This document shows, piece after piece, positions 25,085 to 38,609 of a stretch of DNA of 64,000 nucleotides. The notes beneath the pieces were generated by a model. The model did not search any database, was not told the DNA's origin, and saw only the letters and a list, made by a program, of their open reading frames with translations. The first letter of the stretch is position 1. Every line of letters begins with the position of its first letter. Source of the DNA: Selaginella moellendorffii (taxonomy: Eukaryota; Plantae; Lycopodiophyta); the NCBI RefSeq assembly GCF_000143415.4, contig NW_003314379.1:372001-436000 (forward strand), written 5' to 3'. A program made the translations under genes and the position numbers.

Positions 25085-27510
25085 AAAGCAGATTCCTTGG
25101 AACACAATCCTTCCTTTAAGGTGAGCGATGTTCCACGAGGCATAGCGCTACAAGTGAGTCATTCTATCTCAACCATTGCCTTGTGGACGTTCTCACCAAG
25201 TCTGGAGGCCGAGGAGCTCATGCATAGCATGCCAGGTCCAGCTCCCTGGCATCCGAGAGAATAAGAAACCAGGCCACCTGTTGCTCGGACAAGCAATATC
25301 CCGGACCCTTGGCTTCGACCAGTTTTGCCCTCCTTGGTCTTCTGCAAGAAGCATATGAATCACTGACAATCCCGTAATTGTGTGGAGGTCTTCATTCTCC
25401 CAGTTAACCCTCCCAGAGTACTTCCACGACGAGTTGCCTAGCTCCACCATCGCATATGGCTTGAAAAGGAGATTCAATAAGCGAGCTTCGGACTGGATAG
25501 AAAGAAATCCATGCACAAGTCCAATGGTGCAGTCTCTGCAAAATAACACAAAACAAGGTTTTTTCAACACAAAGAGCCTCTTGCAACGCGCAAACAAGAA
25601 GAGCAGAAGAAGCCCACAAGAAAATGAAACAAGAACCTGAAGTGTGTCTGGAAGACATCTGAAACGAGTGTATGCTGGACATTTTTCGTCAGAGCAAAAT
25701 CCAAACCAAGATGGCAGTTGACGAGAAGTTCATTCCCGCGTATTTGCTTCCCACACACAGGGAAGTCACAACAAGCTAAGCTGTTGGACATCACAGCACT
25801 GCAAGAAAACGATTACAAGCTCGATCACTCACCTGGGCTGGCGGAGCGTCCTGGCGCTTCCCTACAACCCGAATCAAGCTCTCGCGGCCCTGGAGCATTG
25901 TAATGCCGCCTTAACGGACAGGCCGCTTCCTCCTCGCCCTGTGTGTGGGATAAGACCTCAACCGTACGCACACAGAAATATTTCCCAGTAAAAACATTTC
26001 ATAGAGAACTTTTCATCTGCAAACACGACATCCTAGTAGATAACTTATTCATCCGCTAGTAGCTCATCTAAGCTCGAAGAATCTGAAGGGCGAAGCTTAT
26101 GGGATTGACGCTGGATGCTTGCTTCGATCCTTGCGTGCATCGAAGGCGCTCACCGATTTGCAAGGAGATAGAGCTTGGGACCCAGAGCCCTGCACTCGAA
26201 TCCTCCCGTGTTGGGCTCATCCCGAGCAAGTACCGGCAATGCGCATTCTGCTATCACATATCCCCACTTTGGGCATCTTGACGAGGCGATCAAGGTTTTC
26301 CACTATTACGGGTTCTTTGCGAAGAAAATCGCGTTGCTGATGCGAGGAAAGCCAGGACGTGGTGACCTGGACGACAATAGTGAGCATATATGCCCCGATT
26401 GGGCGTCATGACGAGGCAAATGCCGCAACGAGCTCTTCGGGCTTGGCTCGGGCCGAGACATGCATCACGCCAGCCAAATCTTCTTTGGGATGCCCCAGTG
26501 CGATGATGGTTTAGTCTCTACGTGTTCTCCCAACGGACTCCATGCCCACAATGGGGATATGGAGCAAGCAACTGCATTGTTCGATAGGATACTCATCAAG
26601 GATGACAGAGTCGCGGGGGATGTTCTTTAAGGTGCATGGAATCCCTCGTGATTCATCTCTTTGGAACTCGCATTTCCTGATCCTCTGCCGAGAGGATCTT
26701 TAAGATGACGGTGGAGGCCGAGTGGTGATTCTATCACCTCGTGGTCCTGATCGAAGAGCTCTTGAGACGGTGACACTGAGGACTTGGAACTGGCTGTGTG
26801 TAGCGCGCAATGGATTCTTCGCAGTCCACAGCGGGATGGAATGGCCATCTCGGTCCCGGCACTACTCGGAGTAGCCATCTGGGATCGATCATTCATCGTC
26901 TTGGAGACCTTGCAAAGTTCCACTGGAACATTAGCGTCTGAGAGAATAAGAAACCAGGCCACCTGTTGCTGAGACAAGTGATCCCCTGGACCCTTGACTT
27001 CTGCCAGCTTTGCCTCTTCCTCCTTCCACAGCAGAAGATCAGGCATTCCAGCCGTCCAGTTACTATGGTCTTCTGCAAGAAGCTTGCAAATCGCCGACAA
27101 TCTGGACCTCCGATACAGACCGTTACTGGTTGAAGGTCTTCAAGCGAGTACTTCTCCCAGTTTACCCCACTACATGATGTCCCGTAGTGCTCTGCCCAAG
27201 TCTCAGCCACGAGTTGCCTAGCTCCGCCATCGCGTATGGCTTGAAGAAGAGATTCAATAAGCGAGCTTTGGACTGGATAGAAAGAATCCGTGCACCAGTC
27301 CAATGGTGCAGTCTGCAAACAAGAACTGTAGAGCAACCACGAGAAAATGAAACAAGAACCTGAAAAGGTGTCTGGAAGACATCTGGATTGTCTGAAAAGA
27401 TAACATCCCACATGAGTAGCCCGAATAATGTCAGCCATATGCCACTTTCTGAATGGACTCCTTTCCAGCCACTTCCATCTTCTCCAGCATAGTATTGAAG
27501 TGCCATGTCC
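25085..27510 (-). pseudogene. Further-deleted direct copy of ~8,000-10,840 (FAN1 derivative, kelch remnant, PPR remnant, FAN1 3' end)
   Basis: Colinear same-strand similarity; GMPDLLLWKEEEAKLAEVKGPGDHLSQQQVAW at ~26,950-27,050. Confidence 0.85.
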
Positions 27511-28380
27511 TTGAAGAGGTGTGGAAACTCCTCTTCACTAGAAATCTATTGTTAGTAAGAAAACAAAAGAGAAAAGAGCCTGATCTCCAAGGGCTAAGAA
27601 GAAGCACAAATAAAAGAATGTTGTGTATTGATAAGAAAAATGATGGAATGGAAATAAAGATCCACAATTTGGATTCCCCTTTTGAAAGGTTAGTGGTTCT
27701 AATTGCTAACATATATTATATGTTGTGCATGATTTAATCTATAGCTCCAATACAGCCTTGGGTTCAAGGTTAAAGTCCCCTGAACCTGGGTTTTTGGTTG
27801 ATACATTCTGCTCCCCTAACAGAACTAAATATTGTCTTTAGTGTGAACATAGTCAATCTCCATTGCTTGTTGCTGCTGTTGCTCAAATCAATGGAGGCGA
27901 TGTTTTTGCTGTGGGAGTGTAAGCTCATGGTTAGGGACACTGTCTGGTGGATCTGTCCCATCTTCCTGGAGGTCGGCTATCTCAGCGAGGAGGGCAGTAT
28001 AATCATCCTCGAGCTTCCAGTAGCAGGTGTTGAGCTCTTTGTATTTGAATTTGTAGGTGAATTTGTGAGCTGCTGATGGGGTTGATGGCTACTTGGAGAC
28101 GATCTTCCTGATGTCCCGGAGGTCAATGCAGATCTGCTTCATCTCTTCAAGCTGAGTATCCAGCTGGTGGTTTAAATGCTCATAGAACTCCTTCTTGATC
28201 GCTCCCCGGGTGTATATGAAGGAGTCTTGCTTGAGAAGATGCTGTTGGTGTTGGGAAGTGGTTTGCTTGCTTGCGGTGCATGTGTTGATCGAGGGCTTCA
28301 AACAACTTGCAATTTCCAGATTTATTATTTGTTTTTATTCAGTAGTTAATTACTTATTCATTACTTTTAAAAACATTTGT

Positions 28381-29159
28381 TTAAGCACAGCCAAGGTTCC
28401 CACCTGGTGAAACACCCAACTGTGAGCAAAAGTCCTTGTAATAATTGATGCGGTTCTGTGCGGGTTGTGTCTCACTGCCCTTGCCACACTCCTGACCTCC
28501 ATTGATGGCTCGAATTGTAGCTCCAAATCCTTGGTTCTGTGTTATTGCAGTGTGGCAATTCGAATTTTGCATCCAAAACCACACTGATGACCTCCACGAA
28601 AGGACGCCATTCTGAGCAACCTGGTCTGGATTTTGGAGGAGGTTCATGTTGAAAGCCTTTCCAGCAGCATCGTAATTGTAATTCCTGTATATATACACTT
28701 TAAATATTGAATATAACATTTTCAGCTTACCAAGTGAGCTGCAAAGGTCCTCTTCCATAGTAAGCCTTTGTACCTGCAGGACATGGGATTCCACGACTAG
28801 TGTCACAATAGACGTTGTTTCGGTTGATCTCTCGAATGTATTGCAGTGCTACAATCAAAGACATTAGTGAGATTAATGGATAAATACTAAGCGAGTTTAC
28901 TTCCAGTCTCCTGCTTCACATTTGCAAAGTAGGCAGCCAGTTCCCTCTTTTGAACATCAAGACTCCCCGAGCTTCCAAACGTGGGATAGTATTTTGTTGC
29001 CGCAATGAAATTGTTGTATGTGTAGAAAGGATTCGCGATGTTGGATGGGAAGAACTTCCTAAACACAGACACAGTTATAATACTAGAGGGAGATGCCAGT
29101 GTAGAGAACGGAGAAAATCCTAGGAGGCATAGCATAAACATTATCATGACTAATGCCAT
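28381..29159 (-). CDS. GH19 chitinase (3 exons, apparently intact)
   Basis: Mirror of 13,954-14,732 with the same motifs and splice sites. Confidence 0.9.
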
Positions 29160-29508
29160 GGATGAGAACTCGTGGTTGTGCAATGAAATTTTGGGGCTGT
29201 TTTTATAGCCTTGAGGAGTGGGATTGCGATTTATATTGACTTCATAGTCTTGAAGTGCCGTGTACATATTAACTTCTCCCCTTGGTCGAAGCACGCTAAG
29301 AAGATCTCTTTGTGTTTGCTTGTAATACAGGTGACCAAACTTTGAAGGCATCTATTTTATAATTCAATCATGTGCACTTAATCATAAGCTTTTGCCCTAG
29401 TGAATTCAAAGGAATGGAGGGAAATATTTTATTTGGCTAGGGTTTAGGTCTGCGAAGAGGAAGCGTCCTACACACAGCTCGGCGGTGTTCCATGCGGTAA
29501 TCTCAGCA

Positions 29509-32500
29509 ATGCTCCGGGGCTGTGAGAGCTTGATTCTGGGAAGCGGCAGCGCAATGTGTCACTCCCGGCTCGGGTGAGTGATCGAGCTTCTATTTCTTGG
29601 GTGGATCTGTGATCGTTTTCCTGCAGGAAGAGTTGGAGTGCGGTGATGTTTCGCTGGAAATAAAAGGAGGCCTGAGCTTAGCTTGTTGTGACTGGGTGGA
29701 ATGCCCTGTGTGTGGGAAGCAAATACGCGGGAATGAACTTCTCGTCAACTGCCATCTTGGTTTGGATTTTGCTCTGTTTTGATTCGATGGTTTCTCTTGT
29801 CCAGATACTTGCCTGCAAAGTGGGAAGAAAAAGAAGAACAGTGTCCAGCATACACTCTTTCACTTCAACTTGTCGAAAAAGATAGAGTACGAGGAAAGCG
29901 GAAACTGCGTACTGGAAATCCAGCAGTCTCCTCCGCTCGAGACTGGGGTCGACTGTAACCCGGCGGCAGGGTCTCCGAAACCGGAAGTGTCTTCTACTCT
30001 TGAAAGCTTTGAGGAGCCCGACGTGGCCAACGGCGTCCTTCCGGCAGAGCTCAACAGTGAAACTAGAGATCTTTACAATGGCTGCCTGGAGGCAAGGATT
30101 GCTGGCCGCAAGTACCACAGAGACGTCGAGTGCCAAGCTGGGATGCGAGTTCACCTGGTAAGGGAACCAGAAAATCCCATGGATACATACGCTGTGAAGG
30201 TAAACTTGACTGAATGGACGTGTTTCATGGCTGACAGCAACATTGCGCCAGGTGGTTACAGCGGATGGGCTTTCGCTGGGACATATTCCAAAAGAGCTTT
30301 CGCGTTATTTGTCTCCTCTCATGGACAAAGCCGTGGTAGATGTTCAGGTAATTAATCTCTGGGGCGTTTTTCAATTGTTCACAAAGCTTTCAGGGATATG
30401 TCTCTGAGAGTACATCGGAAGCTGCACGCCTCAAGCTTGATTTCCGTGAGATCCAGAGTCGGACTATTGGAAGTCTCTCAGAAGAAAAAGTGCTGGCTGT
30501 CAAATGGAGCCGTCTGATGGATGCAGCTGACAAGGGACAAGACCACGGCTGTCGATACCAACAGAATTTTCTCTACATGCTCCAAGTTGTATTGGAACAG
30601 GATCTCCATCTCTTTACTCCAGACGAGATCGAACTTCTCGAGGCATTTCGTTCAATCTCGTCTGATGGACAGCGCCTTTTGCTAAGATTGGCTCAACGCC
30701 GTCGACGCCGTCGCACAAACTGTGACTCAAGGGAGACAGTGGTTTTGCAGGGCCATGGTTCCGTCTTCAGAACATCTTCTATGAAGATATTGGTGACACA
30801 AATTCTGCAGTCCATGAGTTAGTCGGTACTCAGTTTCTTTCATCGTGTACTTCATAATATGTTTGCTCCCTTGTAACAGAGAGACGCTACTTAGTTTTCG
30901 ACGCGGACGTCAATTCGTCTGAGTTGCTTGAACATCTGACTGTACAATAGCTCAAAGATTTGGCAGTGAACAGCAAAATCATGGTAGTTACTTCTAAGAC
31001 TTTCTTCCTTGTTTTTATTTCTGTTCCTGCTTACAGATCAAAAGTGCTACGCTAAGTTTGAAAAAGATTCAGCTTATTACAGTAATTCGAGATGCATTGA
31101 TTTCGCTGCATTTGTAAGTAGCAAGTGATCATTGGTTCGTTATACAAGCGTGAAATACTTGGCGGCAGTAATCTAACGGCTTTAATTCGTGAAGCAACCG
31201 GGCCATGCATTCGAATAGCCGAAACAGTTGAATTTCTGCTTTGGCGTTTACAGGTCAGTGACATCCTCTCCAAAGTGTTACACTGCTGATGCTGAGCAAT
31301 TTATCTATTTATTTATTTATTTATTTATTCAGAGGCTGTTCTTTCTAAACGGTGAGCAGGAGTTCGATGTTTTTCTTCTTGTGGATATTGGAAGGATCAA
31401 GTATCCAAGCTATAGGTGCGCTAGAACAATGCCAGTCTTTGCTTCTCGAGAGGACTTTCTGGCGTATGAGCAGGTCCGTTCCTACTTTGTTATAAAATTT
31501 GTCTGACCGTCAAGTTTTCAGGCATTGCAATTGGCTCAGGTGGTTGACATGTCCCTGGAAGCTGGTAATTCTGAGGCTCTAAACTCCTCTTTTCGAAAAG
31601 CAAGGACTACTCTCGAATTGATCAATGCGCACACCGAGATCAAGCATCCATTTTTAGCACGATTTTCGGCTGCATGGGTGTATGCAACAATCTGTACTGT
31701 GGCTGCATCGTTTCTGGAGAAAGAACGCAGGTACGCTCTTTCACCAATGGCGGACAATGCTTTTGAACGAAAGCTGGCTCTTGACCAGATACGCTGAAGC
31801 TGTAAACCTCTTCAAGCAGCTCCTTAGCATGCAGTATTGTCCTGGACGGAGAGGATACTGACTCTCCGGCTATCTATTGACTTGGAGCACTTACAGCGTT
31901 TAGAAGAGAGCCTGCTCGTTGCAGAAAACGGATTAAACGATTTCAACGTCCGAGGAGGGGATCGTATCGCTTTGCAACGGAGGTTCTCCGACTAGGAAAA
32001 CCTCCTAGAAGGTGGAAAGTACCTCCATATGCAGCGCTTTTAAAGACAAAACACAAGGTGGTACGTACTGTGTCTTCCAGATATTTGGCCTTCAGCTACA
32101 ATTGTCTCTGAAGGTGACGATTATGGGAATGCCGCTAAACAATGCCAATGGAATGAAGAGCAGATTTATGGCTACGATGGGCAACAATGCAGTGTGGAGG
32201 ACCTGGCACTTCAATACTATGCCGGAGAAGATGGAGGCGGCTGGAAAGGAGTCCATTCAGAAAGTGGCATATGGCTGACATTGTTCGGGCTGCTCATGTG
32301 GGATGTTATCTTTTCAGACGTTCCAGATGTCTTCCAGACACCTTTTCAGGTTCTTGTTTCATTTTCTCGTGGTTGCTCTACAGTTCTTGTTTGCAGACTG
32401 CACCATTGGACTTGTGCACGGATTCATTCTATCCAGTCCGAAGCTCGCTTATTGAATCTCGTCTTCAAGCCATACGCGATGCCGGAGCTAGGCAACTCGT

Positions 32501-32831
32501 GGCTGAGACTTGGGCAGAGCACTACGGGACATCATGTAGCGGGGTAAACTGGGAGAAGTACTTGCTTGAAGACCTTCAAACGATAGCGGTCTGTATCGGA
32601 GATCCAGGATTGTCGGCGATTTGCAAGCTTCTTGCAGAAGACCACAGTAACTGGACGGCTGGAATGCCTGATCTTCTGCTGTGGAAGGAGAAAGAGGCAA
32701 AGCTGGCGGAAGTCAAGGGTCCAGGGGATCGCTTGTCCGAGCAACAGGTGGCCTGGTTTCTTATTCTCTCGGACGCTAATGTTCCAGTGGAACTTTGCAA
32801 GGTCTCCAAGACGATGAATGATCGATCCTAG
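29509..32831 (+). pseudogene. FAN1: Full-length FAN1 copy with frameshifts
   Basis: Mirror of 10,207-13,603; 7-bp deletion in exon 1 (~29,536) and 1-bp deletions near 31,860, 31,982 and 32,166. Confidence 0.85.
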
Positions 32832-33529
32832 ATCGGCTACTCCGAGTAGTGCCGGCCCCGAGACGGCTGCGCAGGCCTCTGCAACTTGTTCCGCCTTGCT
32901 TGAAGTCGTAAGCAACTCCGCCCCATCCCGCTGTGGACTGCGAAGAATCCATTGCCGCTACACACAGCCAGTTCCAAGTCCTCAGTGTCACCGTCTCAAG
33001 AGCTCTTCGATCGGGACCGCGATGTGATAGAATCACCACTCGGCCTCCACCGTCATCTTAAAGATCCTCTCGGCGGAGGATCAGGAAATGCGAGTCCCAA
33101 AGAGATGAATCACGAGGGATTCCATGCACCTTAAAGAACATCCCCCGCGACTCTGTCATCCTTGATGAGTATCCTATCGAACAATGCAGTTGCTTGCTCC
33201 ATATCCCCATTGTGGGCATGGAGTCCGTTGGGAGAACACGTAGAGACTAAACCATCATCGCACTGGGGCATCCCAAAGAAGATTTGGCTGGCGTGATACA
33301 TGTCTCGGCCCGAGCTTGTTGCGGCATTTGTCTCATCATGATGCCCAATCGGAGCATATTTGCTCACTATTGTCGTCCAGGTCACCACGTCCTGGCTTTC
33401 CTCGCATCAGCAACGCGATTTTCTTTGCAAAGGACCCGTAATAGGATGTTCCGAGAGTGGAAAACCTTGATCGCCTCGTCAAGATGCCCAAAATGGGCAT
33501 ATGCGATAGCAGAATGTTCATTGCCGGTA

Positions 33530-34027
33530 CTTGCTCGCCAGGATGAGCCCAACACGGGAGGATTCGAGTGCAGGGCTCTGGGTCCCAAGCTCTATCTCCT
33601 TGCAATTCGGTGAGCGTCTTCGATGCACGCAAGAATCGATGGAGCTTCGCAGCACCAATGCTGCGTTCTGCACCGCAGGAAACGAAATCTTTTCACAACC
33701 AGGTGATCTTGAGCTCGCCCGGTGGTGCCGGACAGACGCTTGTTTTCGCAGCCCAAGATCTTTCCTGGGAAGTGGCGACTGGATTGCCCCGGCGTCACTA
33801 CTTTGTGCACCTATGGAACGACATGGCCGGATCATTGTGTTGGCAAGAACTTATGGAAGGACGACCGCTTCTTCCACCGATCACAAGTTTTTCTTCCGCG
33901 CTGTGAACTGCCAGAAGAACATCTGGGCAGTCTCGGCGAATTGCAAGGCTGTGACGTTGATCCGGCTTGGAACCAAGCATCCAGCGTCAATCCCATAAGC
34001 TTCGCCGTTCAGATTCTTCGAGCTTAG
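33530..34027 (+). pseudogene. Kelch-repeat gene remnant
   Basis: Mirror of 9,005-9,500. Confidence 0.85.
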
Positions 34028-34923
34028 ATGAGCTACTATTTAAAGATGAATAAGTTATCTACAAGGATGTCGTGTTTGCAGATGAAAAGTTCTATGAAAT
34101 GGTTTTTTTCTGTGTGAGTACGGTTGAGATGTATTGGGAGGGCGAGGAGGAAGCGGCCGGTCCGCTAAGGCGGCATTACAATGCTCCAGGGCCGCGAGAG
34201 CTTGATTCGGGTTGTAGGGAAGCGGCAACGCAGTGTGTCACCCCAGGACGCTCCGCCAGCTCAGGTGAGTGATCGAGCTTGTAATCGTTTTCTTGCAGTG
34301 CTGTGATGTCAAACAGCTTAGCTTGTTGTGACTGCCTTGTGTGTGGGAAGCAAACGCGGGAATGAACTTCTTGTCAGTTGCCACCTTGGTTTGGAGTTTG
34401 CTCTGTTTTGATTCAAGCAGCTTGATCGATGGTTTGTCTTGTCCAGATACTTGCCTGCAAAGTGGGAAGAAAAACTCGTTCCAGATGTCTTCCAGACACA
34501 CTTCAGGTTCTTGTTTCATTTTCTTGTGGGCTTCTTCTGGAATCTCGAGGGATTCCATGCATGTTAAAGATATCTGGCGATTCTCTCGTCCTTGATGAGT
34601 ATCCTATCAAACAATGCAGTCCTTGCTCCATATCCCCATTGTGGGCATCGCGGCGTTGGTAGAACACGTAGAGACTAAACCGTCATCGCACTGGGGCATC
34701 CTAAAGAAGACTTGGCTGTCGTGATGCATGTCTCGCCCCCGAAGAGGCAGTGATCATCATAGCGACTACGGAATCACATAAGAGGCAAGCGACAAATTCC
34801 TCGCAGCCAGCGACGCCAAGGAAAAAGAAACGTTGGCTCGTCAAGATGCCCAACCGGGGCATATCCCTGCTCTGCGTATAAAGGGCTGCTTGGATCTGGA
34901 GTTAGGGCAAATAGAGCTGGGCT

Positions 34924-35925
34924 ATGGCGACGACAATCATCCCCGGCCTGGACAGCGATGCCGCTTACCAGTGCCTCCTGCGAGTGTCCCTCTCATCTCA
35001 TGGGCAGATGCGCAAGATGAGCCGAGCGTGGAGGGATCTCGTCTCCAGCGCCAAGTTCTACGATGATCGCGCTGCACAGGGGTTGGACGAGGAATGGCTT
35101 GTCGCCACGGTGATCCTCAGGCAAGAGGACGAGCTTTTGATCATGACGTTCAATCCCAGTAGCTCCAAGAAAGCGTGGATGGTTCTTCCTCCTCCACCGC
35201 GGGGCTTCTACGCCACTGGGGGATTCGATTGCAGGGCCCTCGGCAGCAAGCTCTATCTTCTCGGATTAGGCCAGGGGAAATCACTGAGCGTCTTCGATTC
35301 ACACACGAATCGATGGAGCACCGCAGCGCCAATGCTGTGTCCTCGATTCTTCTATGCGTCCGCGGCTATGGAGGGTCAGCTCTACGTCGTTGGTGGCAAC
35401 CGTGAGCGGCAGGAACAGGACGCTGAGACATACAATCCGCTGGAGGACCGATGGTATCCCCTCCCGCCATTGCCACCGCATGGGACCATGGCCTTTCGCA
35501 ACGCTCTCGTCGTGGATGGTTACAAGATGGTTATCTTGCGCGCTGGTAATGGAGAGACGCTTGTTTTCTCAGCACAAGATCATTCCTGGGAAGTGGCGGA
35601 CATGACTAGATTGCGCGGGTGCTGCTGTATTGTCCATGGCAACCGGATCTACGATGCCAACACGTTGCAGAGATATGACAGTGGCAACAACTCATGGGAG
35701 GCACTCCAGCTGACGAACGCTTCTTCCAGCGATAGCAAGTCTGTGTTCCGTGGTGTGAGCTGCCAGAAGAACATCTGGGCAGTCAAGGAGGATTGCAAGG
35801 TCGTGAAAGTGATCCAAGTTCCCAATGATGGCAGCCTGGAAGCCAAGGTGATGGCAGTTTATGAGCTCAATGTGCCTTTCAGCAATTTACATCTAATATT
35901 CGACCTCGAAGTTCTTCGAGCTTGA
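34924..35925 (+). CDS. F-box/kelch-repeat protein (intronless, 333 aa)
   Basis: Near-identical mirror paralogue of 6,641-7,639. Confidence 0.9.
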   Translation: MATTIIPGLDSDAAYQCLLRVSLSSHGQMRKMSRAWRDLVSSAKFYDDRAAQGLDEEWLVATVILRQEDELLIMTFNPSSSKKAWMVLPPPPRGFYATGGFDCRALGSKLYLLGLGQGKSLSVFDSHTNRWSTAAPMLCPRFFYASAAMEGQLYVVGGNRERQEQDAETYNPLEDRWYPLPPLPPHGTMAFRNALVVDGYKMVILRAGNGETLVFSAQDHSWEVADMTRLRGCCCIVHGNRIYDANTLQRYDSGNNSWEALQLTNASSSDSKSVFRGVSCQKNIWAVKEDCKVVKVIQVPNDGSLEAKVMAVYELNVPFSNLHLIFDLEVLRA

Positions 35926-38178
35926 TGGATCCTGGATTATCTACTAGCTAAAGAAAAGTTTTTTACATGGATCTCCATGTTTTAAAAAGATAGTTTTATT
36001 TCATTTAAGGCAGCATTACAGTGTGGCAGCTTGTAGGGAAGTAGTAGAGCAGTGTGTTCATGTCACTCCAAGATGCTGATGTGAGTTATTTTTTTGGTGA
36101 ATTTTGTTTGTTGGAGTGTTTAAAAGGTAGCTTGTGAGCCCTGTCGGATGTGGGAATTGGGGATAGTCTAAAATTGAGTCGAGCTTACAAGTTTGAGCTC
36201 AATTCAATTCAAATCAATGCAAATAAATATAGTCAATTATAAGTTTTATAAAGAAATTTCATGTCAGAAAAATGTTATCCTTCATGAACTTAAATTTATG
36301 AAAATGGTTTGGAGAAATTTATATGTTTTGGTACTATTATAGAGAAAAAAAATTTATATAATAAAATACTGACTAAGTAATTTCTAGAATTAAAAGTTAG
36401 TCCAAACCCATATACATTCACAATATTCTAGTTAAAGAGAATCATTTTCAGCTAAAAAAATGGGAATATTGAAGTTCACTATAAACTTGAAAATTCGTTT
36501 TATATATTTTGACATCTCAATAATTTAACCTTTCAACATTTTGATATTCCAATATTTTGACATTTCAATAATTGACCACCACACATTAAACTAAAAATAT
36601 AAATAATTTTATAGACTCATTCATTCATCCATTCTTTAGGGTTTTGCAGAGATAGAAAGCAAGGGAGACAAAAAATTTGTGAATAATTATAATATAAATA
36701 AATGTGAAAATATTAAATTTTTTTTACTACTAAGATTTCATATTACACTTTTGATCTTTATTACCCACCTAGGAATGTAAAGACCATTATCACTATTAAT
36801 AAAAATACTTCTATTACTTTTGAAATAATAGTATGGTAGAAAAAAGAAGAAATGAATCTATTAAAAATAGCCTTATTTACCATTTTAAGGATATATATCT
36901 TCATCCGTATTTGACCTCATATAGTCATCGATTCCAATCTTAAATTTTTGAACACTATCCTTAATCATATAAAGATAATTTTATGACTCCTTTATTATTT
37001 AAGAGTTTCTATCATTCCCATGATCCCAATTATAGTCTACAATTACATTAACTACTTTGCTAAGTAAAATGTTTATATGGATCACATCATCAACTCTCTA
37101 AGGGAAACCTTTTTACTAATCCCAAAATCTTAAAGTCATTTTCTCATTAGCCCCTTTCTATTCACTATATTACTTATATATTCATATATAAACTAAAGTG
37201 GAGAGTCATGCCCTCTGGATATGTTACTTCTCGAGGATAGACCCATTTATCCTTACTTCAACTCTTGTTTGTCGAAATACCTTATCAATGCTTTAGTTAC
37301 CTTGAACAAGTTTTATAGTTTTTGGTTCACTTAGTTGCTACACCGTTAATCTAGCTTACTGAACTATGTTTGCAACCACAAAATTATCTAAAGCACTCAT
37401 ATCAATAAAGATTTTAACAAAACTACCTCTGAGCTTCTCTCAAAGAGCTAGTAAATGTTGCAAATGACTCTCTAGCAAAGTTGCTTATGTAATGAGTAAC
37501 TTTGAGCTAAAGATTGCATCACGTACCTTAGTTTGGATTTCACCTGATTTAATGACCACATTGACTTTGGCCTTTTTTGGGTAAGGATATTCTCTCAAAA
37601 ATGTTATGCTTCACCACAATTGAAACATATGTTATTTCTTATGCTACTAGTAGACTTAGCCTTTTTATTAGTGGGTTTATTCGTTTTCACTTGAGTCCCC
37701 CACATACTTGCTCACTAGCTATTGGATTTGCATTTTTGAAACCTTAAGGACTCATTCTTAGAGAAACTCTTCTTGAATTTCCCTTTGCCATATATCCCCC
37801 TTGGTTTAGCTTCTTTGCTAAATGTGGACCCTGACCCCGTTATGTTCCTTTTTCACAAGTTATAATTGAAATGCAGCTTAATAGTTGTATCCAATACTTC
37901 CTTGTAGTTGGTCGAGTTCCAACGCATCACTTCGTCTTAAGCCTAATATGAAGGCATGGAATGCATCCATGTTGCTCATATATATGAAAGGGATCCTCTT
38001 CACCATGAATACATTCACATACTCTTGAATAGTTTTTGTCTACTTCAGCATACTCAACTCATCCTTTAGATGTAGAGTAGCATTTGGAGGAACATAAATT
38101 GCACGAATCCTCACTTTCATCATTTCCCAAGTGGGCTAGTCCTTTATTAGCCTTTGTTGTTCTCCACTAAGACTTAGT

Positions 38179-38202
38179 AAGCTCTATTTCGTTAAAGTGG
38201 GA
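38179..38202 (+). repeat. Left TIR AAGCTCTATTTCGTTAAAGTGGGA
   Basis: Exact reverse complement of 51,363-51,386; preceded by TAGT (38,175-38,178). Confidence 0.95.
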
Positions 38203-38609
38203 ATTGTCATTATCCCACTTGTAAAATAAGGTTTCCAAACCTTTATATAGTATATAAATATAACAAAATTCAACTGCATTGAGGCACATGCCATTTTATT
38301 TTAAACAAGGAAATGTCTACTCAATCACTTCTCACTGCTTCACCTCTCTCTTCTCCTTGTCATTGTCGTCCAATTTCTTTCCATCCTTTTAATATTGGCT
38401 CAGTTGCTCCGAGTCTAGGTGGAGCCCAAGTCCCCATTCAATCTTTACTTTCCCCTTATTAATAAAACAACTTCGTAGACTTCCAATAACATGCTGTAAC
38501 ACTTCTAGTATAATGCAAATCCTCTCAAAGAATTGTCTTTTAATATTAATACAATGGCATGGAACCCCATGCCATAATAAGTTACATTTTTAAATAAATA
38601 CATGCCATC

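Larger units (their letters stand above)
28305..38178. repeat. Right arm of giant inverted duplication (continues at 51,391-51,930 after the transposon)
   Basis: Reverse complement of ~4,490-14,830. Confidence 0.92.

Noticed and set aside
31855-32170. Treating 1-bp deletions alone as proof that FAN1 copy 2 is dead
   Set aside because: They fall in short homopolymers and could be sequencing errors; the pseudogene call rests mainly on the 7-bp exon-1 deletion
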